Source: Microthyrium microscopicum (Eukaryota). From it: a DNA stretch of 64,000 nucleotides. Positions 25,148-35,931 of the stretch are shown piece after piece. Where the stretch lies: positions 902,627 to 966,626 of the forward strand of contig MU004230.1 of assembly GCA_010405405.1 (NCBI GenBank), read 5' to 3'. The notes under the pieces were generated by a model. That model was not told the origin of the DNA. It was given only the letters and a program-made list of their open reading frames with translations, and searched no databases. The translations under genes and the position numbers were made by a program. Every line of letters begins with the position of its first letter. Position 1 is the stretch's first letter.

Positions 25148-25787
25148 TCCATTATGCACGGCGTTTAGGGGCATCGTATCAAAGGAATATTCCCATTGTT
25201 CCGGTCACTGGAGTTTTGAAGCTTGGACTCAGGTCGCTCCATGGCTAGCTTCCCTCACCAAAAATGTTCACTAGTAAGTAGTCAAATAAACGGATTCCAA
25301 GACACGATAGAAAAGCATGACACTGGAGGTTGGCAAGAGGCAGTTTATCGTTATTCTCGTCTTTTCAAGGTTATGCCTTCTAACTCCATGGCCCCTATCG
25401 AATATGCTGGCCAATATGCAAGGCCATAGAACCTTACAGTACGGTATGCTTGGGACGCAAGATACGCACTACAGCCGGACCTTTGGATCGTACTCTCAAC
25501 AAAGTTTTCACCTCAAAAGTCACAACATGTACCTCACTGTGCGAATGGCTCCATCTCGATATCACTGCCAAGATCTGCCTCAGAGAATGTTTACTGTCTT
25601 CATCTGCAACAGTGATCTCTGTTTGTGACCATTAGTCTGTTCTAAGTGACAGCACAATCGTCTTATATAACACGCTCCAAGGTCTTGATCCAGCCTTCTC
25701 AACACTCCCGTCAACACAAAGCACTTCAAGCCACCCCCAAACTGATTTACGTTTATTGTTCCTCGAATAGGCAAACTCACCATCGAA

Positions 25788-27512
25788 ATGGCTGATTCCC
25801 AGCATATTTCTACCGCGCCTGAGCTTGAACCAGGAAATTATGTCACATTTCAGCTTTCCGTCATTGACCAAACAATAATACGACAGTATAGTCGTTGTGT
25901 GGCCTGTATTCCGCTATCGCGCGCTCCTCTGCGTAAAGGAGATACCGTCAGGGAGCTTACATGGCCTGAATTAGAGCAAGTAGCGGCAGTTGTGGTTAAC
26001 AAGTTCAAAGTCGCCCTAGTCAAGACCTTCGAGCGCTATCCCGAGCTTGCGGGCCATATCACCTTGGACGACAAGGTAAAGACTGGAAAAAACGCACAAC
26101 TTCGGCTTCCCATAGACAAGGACGGACGAGCGGTGATCGATCTTGATCAACACATCTCACAGAGATTTCATCCCGAGTTCATCCCTTACAATGTCCAAGC
26201 CGACTTGGGTATGCCAAACAAAATCCTCAAAGAATCCGAACTTAGCAGCATTCTACAGAAGTCCGATTTGAGCAGCGATAAGCCTACTCTGGTCATCAAA
26301 ATGGAATTGAACTTCATATTTGGAGCCGTTCTGGCAGTCCTTAGTCTTCATCACGTTGTTGTTGATGGCACGGGCATCGGCTTGGTGGTTAGACACTTTG
26401 CAGATGCGTTCCGAAGCACTAATGGCATTAGTGCCACAGACGCTCTGAAAGACGTCGTTGGCACATTCCTTTACACTCGCAACATCCGAACCACAGCTGC
26501 TGCCGCCTCAAAGCAGTTTAAGAAAACTGTGAGAAACCTCAGAAATCCGAGAGAGAATGACGATCTCGACTTCTTGCTGAATAGAGCCCGAAACATCATG
26601 CCCCTGGAATTCAGACTCAAGGAGCATAACGCTCTTCGGGAGAAAGTCAATAGCAGCGCTGCCTCTTGGGCTATCGAGCCAGTTTGCCCTGAATTTGCTA
26701 CCGCAGAACAGCTGTCACGATTCTCCCTGACACAAGCTCGACGCACTCCCATGCCCATCACTGCTTTGATACTTGTCCTGAGCAAAGCAAGTGTAACAGC
26801 CGTCCAAGCCTCCCTTCAGCGAGAGGCTACCGAGTTGGGCATGCGTACGGCTTTCTCTACTTTCGACGTCCTCTGTGCCATAATCTGGGCAGCAGTCACT
26901 AAAGCTCGCCATTCCTTGGAAGCGAACGATGAATACCTCAAATCACTAGGGTTCAGTTCTGAGATAATTGAGGAAACGAAGAAGACAACCAAATTGGGCA
27001 TCCCCATCGACATCCGCAAGCGAATAGGTCTGGATCCATTCTATATTGGCAACGCAGCTCTGTACACTTTGGCCGAGTTGCGTCAATCAACAGTGATCAA
27101 GCCCGAAAATCTATTGACAGTTGCTCACGCCATTCGCCAAGCAAACAACGACTTTGACGAAACTGCAGTTCGAGCACGAATTCGTTACCTTCTCAATGCC
27201 AAAACCACAGTTAAACCAAGCGTTGACAGTGAGGGCAATGATATGTGGATCACAAGCTGGGCTGGACTAGGCCGTATGTTAGACTTTGGGCGGCTGAAAG
27301 CGCCAGAGCTAAAATTCGAGGTGGAAATGGGACATCCCAAGTTCTTCCGTAAGCTATGGGGCGCGTTTACGGATGGATCAGCAGTAGTATTGCCTCAAGA
27401 CGTCACAATCGAAGACGCTCCTTTCGAGGTGTTCTTGCAGCTTCGGGAAGACGTGATGGAAGCCCTGAAGGTGGATCAGGAACTTGCCAAGTATGTAATC
27501 AAATGGTCATAA
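25788..27512 (+). CDS. CoA-dependent acyltransferase (BAHD/Tri101-like transferase family)
   Basis: Intronless 574-aa ORF; YPELAG, HHVVVDG (HxxxD), YIGNA, ITSW and LDFG motifs. Confidence 0.85.
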   Translation: MADSQHISTAPELEPGNYVTFQLSVIDQTIIRQYSRCVACIPLSRAPLRKGDTVRELTWPELEQVAAVVVNKFKVALVKTFERYPELAGHITLDDKVKTGKNAQLRLPIDKDGRAVIDLDQHISQRFHPEFIPYNVQADLGMPNKILKESELSSILQKSDLSSDKPTLVIKMELNFIFGAVLAVLSLHHVVVDGTGIGLVVRHFADAFRSTNGISATDALKDVVGTFLYTRNIRTTAAAASKQFKKTVRNLRNPRENDDLDFLLNRARNIMPLEFRLKEHNALREKVNSSAASWAIEPVCPEFATAEQLSRFSLTQARRTPMPITALILVLSKASVTAVQASLQREATELGMRTAFSTFDVLCAIIWAAVTKARHSLEANDEYLKSLGFSSEIIEETKKTTKLGIPIDIRKRIGLDPFYIGNAALYTLAELRQSTVIKPENLLTVAHAIRQANNDFDETAVRARIRYLLNAKTTVKPSVDSEGNDMWITSWAGLGRMLDFGRLKAPELKFEVEMGHPKFFRKLWGAFTDGSAVVLPQDVTIEDAPFEVFLQLREDVMEALKVDQELAKYVIKWS

Positions 27513-27793
27513 CTGCCAGCTTGTGGAATGGTCGAATACTCTACAATGGTCATGTAATTGTGCTTGTTGCAACATATCAAACATGGTTAGCAGTCTAGAC
27601 AAGATCAGCCGGCTACTTCAAACCCGAATTTCGATAAGCGATTGATTGCCAAACCAACTCATGTACCAGCATTGCTGATCAGTTTTCGTAAGAAATAAGG
27701 TAAGGCATTGTCATCCAGGCTCATTAGCCCTTATTCGTATTCTCTTTTACATACCACACAATGGTACAGAGGAGCTTATCTCACGGTCTGATA

Positions 27794-28603
27794 TTACCAC
27801 TCGTACAGCCCATCTTTATGTACAAATTTGCCAGCATCGGCATCTCTTTTCCCTTCTGCAATACTGAGGATTGTTTGCCCACTAACAGTTGGATCTTGTG
27901 CATGCCCGCCTGCGGAGACCTTGTCTTCTGTTTTACCTCTCAAGTTACTCCTAACCAACCCAGGACACATGATGAAAACCTTTACGCCTTTGTCTTTCAA
28001 CTCCTTGTACTCTTGGATTGCCCACATGTTCAGCGCAGTTTTACTTAATCGATAGACAGTATACCCCGAATTGTATCGCAGGCTACTTGGATCTGCAGTT
28101 TGACTGATAGAGCCAAGGCCACTTGAGACATATATAGAGTAAGCGTTGCTTGACTTGAACAACAGATGTCGGAATGCAAGCGATACAATAGCTGGACCAG
28201 TGATGTTGGTGGTAAGTACAGCGTCTAGGCGCTTCTTGAACTCCGGGACTTCAGTGAGAGTGGTGTCACTAATGCCAGCATTGTTGATAAGCACATCCAG
28301 TCGTCCAAACTGCTTTTCGACCTCTGAAGCCGCTGTATCCACAGACTCTTGTGAGGTCACATCAAGTAGAAGTGTTGTGAGGTTTCCTTTGACTCCTGAA
28401 GCCTTGATTTCCGATACGGCTGTCTCACAGTTCTTGAGATTTCGACCCGCGACAATGATATGATAGTCAGATGACGATGAAGCGAAGACTTTGGCAGTTG
28501 CGCAGCCTATGCCTGAGTTGGCTCCTTCGGAACTGTTAGTACTCGGATATACCTTATGGTTTATGAGCGACATGCCTGTGATTAAGACAATAGTGGGAGA
28601 CAT
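27794..28603 (-). CDS. Short-chain dehydrogenase/reductase
   Basis: TG|ANSGIG restored by removing a 51-nt GC-AG intron (28525-28575); LINNAG, YRLSK (YxxxK), CPGLVRS. Confidence 0.92.
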   Translation of the reverse strand: MSPTIVLITGMSLINHKVYPSTNSSEGANSGIGCATAKVFASSSSDYHIIVAGRNLKNCETAVSEIKASGVKGNLTTLLLDVTSQESVDTAASEVEKQFGRLDVLINNAGISDTTLTEVPEFKKRLDAVLTTNITGPAIVSLAFRHLLFKSSNAYSIYVSSGLGSISQTADPSSLRYNSGYTVYRLSKTALNMWAIQEYKELKDKGVKVFIMCPGLVRSNLRGKTEDKVSAGGHAQDPTVSGQTILSIAEGKRDADAGKFVHKDGLYEW

Positions 28604-29107
28604 GACTGTTGTGAAGTTTCGACTTTGCTGAAAGGTTGAGAAGTTGAATTTGGGTTTTCATCTTTGCCAGTCCTTTATATGATCACCCTGTATGCTACGT
28701 ATGCACGAAAATCCTTGTCATTATGCTACGCTCAGCCTATACGAATCCACAATTGTCTTGAGATCAACGGATATACTGCTCAAAAAAGCGCAGTAAACTC
28801 CGGACGTTTCTTCGATTTGCACTAAGGTCCGGATTTACTTCAGTCGTGGCCCGGAGTTGTTCATGGTGACTGCCCCTAGGTATCTCCAGAGTTCTCATCA
28901 TCAAAACAGTAAAGTTCTGGATGGATATCTCCGAGTTGCTACCTCAACTGGTGAGGCACTCATGAGTCTGTACTAAGCATGCTCATCATTTTAAGCTTCC
29001 CTCATACCATTCGTGCATGTCAACTATCATGAGTGTGTCCTTTGTACATTGATTCAAACATTGCGTTAATACCCAGCCTTGACAGCCTGTCTACCTTGGC
29101 CTCCCCT

Positions 29108-30259
29108 TTACCGTTCCATTGCTTGATATGCCAGCTTTGCTGATAACTCCCGTACCTCTGGCGCACCATCAGGCTTTGTCCCATCAACCAACTGGATGAA
29201 GCCAATGACTATCATTTGATTCAAAGGATCAATCCAGAACCAAGTCCCAAAGAATCCTCCCCAATAGAAGCTTTGCACTCCCTGGCTAGTTTTTGCTGCT
29301 TGCGCATCCTCAATAACCGCAAAATCCATACCAAAGCCTAGCCCTCGAGTGTGTGGAGAGTATAAAGTGACATTAACGCCAGGCTCCAACACACTTTTAT
29401 GCATCAACTCCACTGTACTGGTCTTCAGATATCTTTGGCCATCCATCTCCCCACCATTGAGAAGCATTTGACAGAATCGCCAATAGTCCTCGATCTTGGA
29501 AACGAGTCCACCACCACCTGATAAGAATCTGGGCTTTTTGGTGTTGAGAACATTGGAATCTCCCGAAGCCATGAGTTTGCGACTGTCGTCATATTTATGT
29601 ATACGGGAGACGCGTGATCGTTTGGATTCATCAATCCAGAACCCAGTATCTGTCATCTTCAATGGACCAAACAGACGCTGTTGTAGAAACTCATCGAGCC
29701 CTTGTCCGGACAGTTTCTCGACGAGATAGCCTTGAATGTCAACCGATGGGCCATATCGCCAATCTTTTCCTGGTTGAAAGGCCAAAGGCTCTTTGGAAAG
29801 CTTATTGATCATACTTTGGAGATCTCCATCTCGCAAATTTAGATCAGAGTAGGCCGAAGACCGATCAAAACCAGCTGTGTGGCTCATCAACTGCTTCATG
29901 TTCATAGGAGAGTCTTGTGGAACAAGGACACCCTCTTGTTTGACTTGGAGGCCATCAAATTCTGGAATGTGTTTGGCAATTGGGTCTTCCATGGCCCATT
30001 TACCCTCTTCCCAAAGTATCATCATCGCTACACCAGCAACCGGCTTCGTCATTGAAGCAATCCGATAAATGCTGTCAATTTGGGCTGGTACGTCAGGCTG
30101 TGAGACGTCCAGCACTCCATAGGCTTCATGATTCACGATATGGCCATTTCGAGATATGAGAGTGACAACACTGGGCAGTTTTCCATCGTCCACGAGTTTG
30201 CGGAACTCTGTTTTGAACGTATCCAGTCCTTGTGAGCTAAAGCCTTGATTTGAAGCCAT
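29108..30259 (-). CDS. Beta-lactamase-family (class C / esterase VIII) serine hydrolase
   Basis: Intronless; IASMTK (SxxK), LMSHTAG, FQPGKDWRYG, SGGGGL, WGGFFGTWFWIDP; alternative ATG at 30280. Confidence 0.9.
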   Translation of the reverse strand: MASNQGFSSQGLDTFKTEFRKLVDDGKLPSVVTLISRNGHIVNHEAYGVLDVSQPDVPAQIDSIYRIASMTKPVAGVAMMILWEEGKWAMEDPIAKHIPEFDGLQVKQEGVLVPQDSPMNMKQLMSHTAGFDRSSAYSDLNLRDGDLQSMINKLSKEPLAFQPGKDWRYGPSVDIQGYLVEKLSGQGLDEFLQQRLFGPLKMTDTGFWIDESKRSRVSRIHKYDDSRKLMASGDSNVLNTKKPRFLSGGGGLVSKIEDYWRFCQMLLNGGEMDGQRYLKTSTVELMHKSVLEPGVNVTLYSPHTRGLGFGMDFAVIEDAQAAKTSQGVQSFYWGGFFGTWFWIDPLNQMIVIGFIQLVDGTKPDGAPEVRELSAKLAYQAMER

Positions 30260-30449
30260 GTCCAAAGTAGTGTATATCATTCAATTGTTTATGTGAGCGA
30301 AGGAGTCAACGTCCATGAACAAGGTTGAGTTGTGCTGGTTTATATAAATCTAGGCCCCCCGCACCTCGGTTACGATCTGAGATCCGTGGAGAACCCTGTC
30401 TTTACCAGGCTGTTATTGTTCGCGAGAATTGCCATATTCGGGGTAACAC

Positions 30450-32930
30450 AGCAGATAGAGTCGAAACTCTGTTTTCTGCCTGGATCAAATAGGTATTGTC
30501 TTGCAACAACTGGTACAAATAGTGCTACTTACAAGTTTGGTCCCAATTTCACCAACTGTGGTGAATATGAGTTGAATGATCGGTCAAGTTGGTAGCTTGA
30601 AACATCTACGAACTGGGGGTGATAAGAACGTAGGAAGATCAAAATGAAGATGGTGTCGCGCATTTGACTTGCATTTGCAACGCGAGACGTTTGCACCACC
30701 ACATGCAGACGAGATGGAGTAAGAAGTAAAGAACATGATTTTTCACGCGGTCTAGGAAGAGCTTGGTCAACCTGAAACACCCAACTTCATAATGTGCCGT
30801 CCACTGAAGCCTGCCCCCCAGCTTGACTGAATTCTAGTATCATCGATGAGCATTCCAAAGACTCTAATTTTTAGGCTATTTTGACTGTGATTGGCTAATT
30901 TTGTTCAAAATCAAGCTGAGGGGGGTCTCAGTGAACGGCAGATTATGAAGTTGAGTTTTATGGTGAGCATATTTACTTAGTGATGATTCGAAGTGAGACT
31001 GGGCAGTTGAAATAGGAGCACCGTAATCAAAAACACTGGACACGAAGAGCAGTTTGAACCGTTCAATTAGTCCCTGTGTTACTTCTTTTCGCAGTGTAGT
31101 GTATTGTGATTTAACGCGATCGAACTTCAACAATACCTATTAAGTTAAAGCTTTCTACTCCCGTTCGCGAATTGGTGAACTCCAACCCTCTACCCCATAC
31201 GTTCATTCTTGCCGAATCTACCAATCACATTGTGAATAGCTCATCACTTTGGGAGGCAAAGGCTCCGGCCTAGGTCCCAGACTTCAAAGCCAGTCCTTTT
31301 TTACATAGCGTGTCTAGTCTGTTTCTGCGAAACTTATATGCTTGTGGACACTAGGGGGGAGGGTCAGAATTCACGAAATTTCGCAAACGGGCGTAAACAA
31401 CAAGACTGGGAGTTAAAGTGGCAAACTACGGACTGGCACTTTGTTCCGGGGGAACAAAATTTGATGGTACAGGACACACATACTATGAGAAAGATTTCAA
31501 TGGGTGAGAAGAGGAAGAATTCCATGCTTATCAAATGATGTAGTTATCTGGAAAGGTGAATTGATGATAATAGCGAACGTCTGCAAGCTGAGATATAGGT
31601 TATTTATGTAGTGATGGGTCGATTTCCGCAAAAGCTTCAAGGTTAACTAACAGCTTGGGGGAGTTGCTGGATACTCCCCCGTTTTCTCGCTTAGTTCTAC
31701 TCGAATCTCAAATTGTAATTGGAATAGACATAGTAGAAGTTTAGTACCATAGAATTAGCGCCCCCAAGACTAAACTGTGGGCGTTCTTGACTGTAAATGG
31801 CTGATCCTGAAGAGATCAAACATTAAAGCTGAGATGAAGTTGGTGTAGGACTTTTCGTCTATCAATGTACATCTAGATGATCGTATTGTCATGGCTATCT
31901 AAGCTGGAATGGGTTGCAACGTTGTGAGTTTTCCGAAGGACAACATGGTCGGGCGGGACTTTGTGTACAGTATTCCTCATATATCAAGAAGTAGAATGTG
32001 GTGGCGGCAACCAAACTCCTTCGAGTATGGTAGTTTTCATATGGAACGATCATAACTCGTTCAATAGGAAAAATCGAAGTTTGGAGCTTAGGTGAGAACA
32101 GTATTGAACCTGTAGTTTATTCTTGGTGTGATTTATCCATTTATGCTGGTAGTACTGGGCAATACATAGAAGGGGTATCCTTCCATAAGCCTCGTCTACA
32201 TCTGGGAGTACAGTACTCCAATGTGCTGTTCCTCTGAAATGCTTGAGCCTGCCTTCCATGGGCTCTTTTGCCTAATTTGAGTTATACACAAAGAACATCT
32301 TAGAGAATGATCAAGCTGGATGTTGTGTGTCTTTCTACTTTCGCTGTGATTAATGGATATAGGAAGCACGGGAGGGTCGAGGAACAGTAATGTCGCGAAC
32401 CAGTGTGCGAGAGTAATATAGCACTGGACAAGCACAAGGCACAATTAACCTTGGGGTGAGTTGTCATGATCGTTGTGCATTGGAAGAAAACAAGGGCTGA
32501 TCGCTCATCAGCATCTGTGATATTTAACCAATAGATATTGCCACTACTGTAGCGTTTTGGCTGCAGCACTAAAGTCATCATAAGACAATAAAAGATTATG
32601 CCATTACCCAGCTCAAATATCAGCAACACCCGACTGCCAGGTGTGATTCTACGCAATCTTCCGGAACCTGTATGGGACTTTCGAAGATTCAAGCAAATGG
32701 ACATGGTAATGGGTGGTGATTCGAAGTGACTGTTCGACCGAAAAGTGTCTGTCTGGCACTACGTCCTTGAAAGTCCAGAACGAATATAAGGGAGAGATAG
32801 TTGTTGAATCTAATACTTTTGGTGTATATTGGAAAAGGTTGGGTCCACGAAAAACGTCTTTCTGGTCTGCAGATGCCTCGTAATGCTTGTGATAGAGAAA
32901 CATTGTTAAAAAAAAGTGCCATTTCATGCA
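30450..32930 (-). pseudogene. Probable decayed protein-coding sequence, unidentified, with a frameshifted C2H2-like zinc finger
   Basis: One frame runs from 32927 to ~32200 with protein-like text interrupted by TAG/TGA/TAA; CSLC...(frameshift)...KHFRGTAH near 32220-32300; intron-like acceptor at ~31138. Boundaries approximate. Confidence 0.35.
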
Positions 32931-33029
32931 TAGAGCATATAGCGTGGTATATCCTGCAGGATCTTAGCTAGGGACAAATAATAATTACTATCAAAGTCGT
33001 GGCGGCACATAAGACTTGGATTCCATATC

Positions 33030-33290
33030 AAATTCGATGGGGAAACTTAAACTCGATGGGTGATATTGCATTAGATGGTAATGACACACTTGGATGGAAT
33101 TATCACACTTGATGTTGAGCATCGCATTTGATATTAAGCATCAGAGTTGATGGTGAATATCGCACTTGATGGGAGCTATCGCACTTGATGGTGAATATCG
33201 CACTTGATGGTGGAGTTCGCACTTGATGGTCGAGTTCGCACTTGATGGTGAATATCGCACTTGATGGTCGAGTTCGCACTCGATGTCGCG
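33030..33290. repeat. 19-bp minisatellite, about 14 units, core TCGCACTTGATGG plus a variable 6-mer
   Basis: GAT(G) anchors at 33036, 33055, 33074, 33093, 33111, 33130, 33149, 33168, 33187, 33206, 33225, 33244, 33263 and 33282. Confidence 0.92.
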
Positions 33291-33978
33291 GGACCAATCG
33301 GGCCAGGATTGGCTAAAGAATCTCGTCCTCATTTTCAGAACACACCCCGAGGTTTACAGAACTCCGGAACAGGTCAACAAAAACTCGGACCGCTCAATGC
33401 TTAAACCCCGAAGATCTTCCTTGTCTCCTGGCTGTCACTACTTGGAAAGAATATCTTTTGACTTAGATGTGCATCTCAAAATTTCTCCAACTTCCGCATA
33501 GGTTGCTATGCGATTGGCAGGATGGAGCAGTTTCGAATTTTCTAGTACCATTCTTCTTGTTGGGTGATGGTATTCAAGAGCACCTACATAAAGTCGAGAC
33601 GATTTACAAGCTCTGGCCTGATCGATTTAGCGTTCCAAGCACATTGGTCGTATTGTGACCAAAGACCTAATGAAGTATAGGTCTAAGACGTCCAGAGGAA
33701 AAGTACCTTTCGCGAATCTGTGTAGATGATAGATATCCTGCTGGAGACACTCTCAAGCTCAAGTTTCCAGAAAAATCTCGCGAGAGCGCCCTGCGAATAA
33801 AGCCGCAGAGCAGTCGAAAGACGTTAGATTGTTTGGGTAGCATCCCATTCTCCTCTTCGATAGCGGTTTGCTTTGGTGTGGTGAGTATGCATCCAGGGGG
33901 TCGATCAGCGGCTGAAATCAAGGTGATGATAGCCAAGTATGGGACCCGGTTTGATTAGCGCTGCTCAACACAGTCCTA

Positions 33979-34207
33979 CCGTAGCTTTCGCATCAAATGC
34001 AGGTTTGATTAACCGCTTTTGGCAATCCCAAATTTGGGATGACCAATATCTTTCACCAATGATAAGTAGAGGATTAATTTCACGTGTGAACAAAAGTTAG
34101 CGCTAGGTAGGGTCCCCTAGGGTCCCCTAAAATTACTGAGTAGTAAGCCCAAATTTGGGATTGCCAAAAGCGGTTAATCAAACCTGCATTTGATGCGAAA
34201 GCTACGG
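33979..34207. mobile_element. 229-bp MITE with perfect 60-bp TIRs and TA target-site duplication (Tc1/mariner-pogo type)
   Basis: TA|CCGTAGCTTTCGCATC...CCCAAATTTGGG (33979-34038) is the exact reverse complement of 34148-34207, followed by TA. Confidence 0.9.
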
Positions 34208-35931
34208 TATCATACATTTATTCATCCAAAGGCTACGCTCGTCACCTTATATAATGTTTTCAACCGATCTCCTTCACTCACGGCCCATATCAGCATTTTC
34301 AGCTTCGGAATCATTGACTTAGCGGTCCAGATAAATACAATTTCTCACTATTCAGGTTGTGATCACTTTTTTGTAAGAGGTTCCCTATTCAAAGCATTCA
34401 TTACTATAGCCTGCTTTGTGTTTGAAAGCTACACCTAGATTTCAAAAGTGGTTGCGCGACCCTCCTCCCCCACAGGTTAGTTTTTATAGTATGCCACCAA
34501 TCATAGCTAAATGAGCCTACCATCTCGGTAGTTGATAATCGGTGTCATCGATTTAGCTTTCAAATTCTGGATTCATAGGCTATTTTGCGTGTCGTTAAGT
34601 GGAAAGGACATTTCGCACTTGGGTGTAGAAGCGGGTGTATGAAGTGCTTTGAACATTTTTAGGGTCATGAGGGGAATACTTATTGTGAATGCAGGCTGGC
34701 CGTAGTACTCAATCAGCCTCTACTCCCAGTTCCAATCCCTAGATTAAAAGATGCCTGGCGTACGATCCCAAAGTTCTCTGTCGAAGCAATTTTTGGATGA
34801 ACTAACTTCAAGTCAATCAAAACATTCACGAATGGTTGGCTAAGAAAGCTGCATTCGGCAGGCCCATTAGCCTGCAGTATTCTCAAGATTCGCCTGGATG
34901 CAGGTACTTGGGGATACCAGCTGAGCGGCAAAGGGCTCTATGTAGTGATATTTGAAGAGATATACCCATAATCGAATGTGAGATATTCACTAATCTGTTG
35001 TTGATCATTAGCAAATTCTTACTAGTTGTTTGAATTGCTAATGGATGGATTGTTTGGAGGGCTAGGTTGATAATACAATTACTAACTCTCTCCCTCCTGA
35101 ATGAACTATGCATATTTTTGCATACGAATTGGTAGATTTCTTTTGAATCTAATATACAACGGGAGGTCGATGCACATCACATTTGGATTATGGGTCTACA
35201 CTTGGTTGCGAAAGGTGCTGTTCCCCAAATCTCCCGTACCTCCTAACATATGCTAGTTTCGACGGAAATCCACCAATCATAGCTAGAATAAAAAAGGTAT
35301 AGATAGGAGCACGATAAATCTCTGCTCCGTGAAGGCCTGGAAGAACCGTGGCGAAAGGGCAATTCATCTACCTACCTAAATTCTGTTACTCTTAAGGAAC
35401 AATGGCTCAAGGTGCTTAGCGCTTAGCGCGCAAGCACCTCTCGCCATTAGCAGAGAGATCAAGGATGATAGAGGCCGGGCCGATAGAGGCCGATAGAGAA
35501 CGATAGAGCCAATTAGAGTGACGGAAACCTATCCCCAAATGAACCAATCAAAGACCTTACTTCAGGAACCAATCAGAGAGACGAAAGAATAATTAATTAA
35601 AGTATGACGTAGGGCAAATTCATTTCCAGGTGGAAAACTCACCAACCTCCCTTTTTCCTTTTTTTACTAATACCATCCCTTCCGAACCTATAGAGGTTCT
35701 TCCAGGCATAAGATTGGGCCTGATCAACTTAGCGTTCCAAGCATTACATTCCGTAGGATATTCTTAGTATGATTGGTTAGATTGAACAGAAAGAGCCAAT
35801 AAATGGTCAGCTCGAGAGATTCAGAAGGACAGCACTTTTCGCAAACCAGTGTAGAAGTAAGTCTAGAAGTTCTTCATTGAGGAAGCCCAATTATTCCAGC
35901 TCTATGTAGTCATTAAATCTTGCTCAGAACC

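Noticed and set aside
33030..33290. CRISPR array interpretation of the constant-core/variable-segment repeat
   Set aside because: The variable parts are only 6 nt and recur (TGAATA, TCGAGT), there are no cas genes, and the context is eukaryotic.
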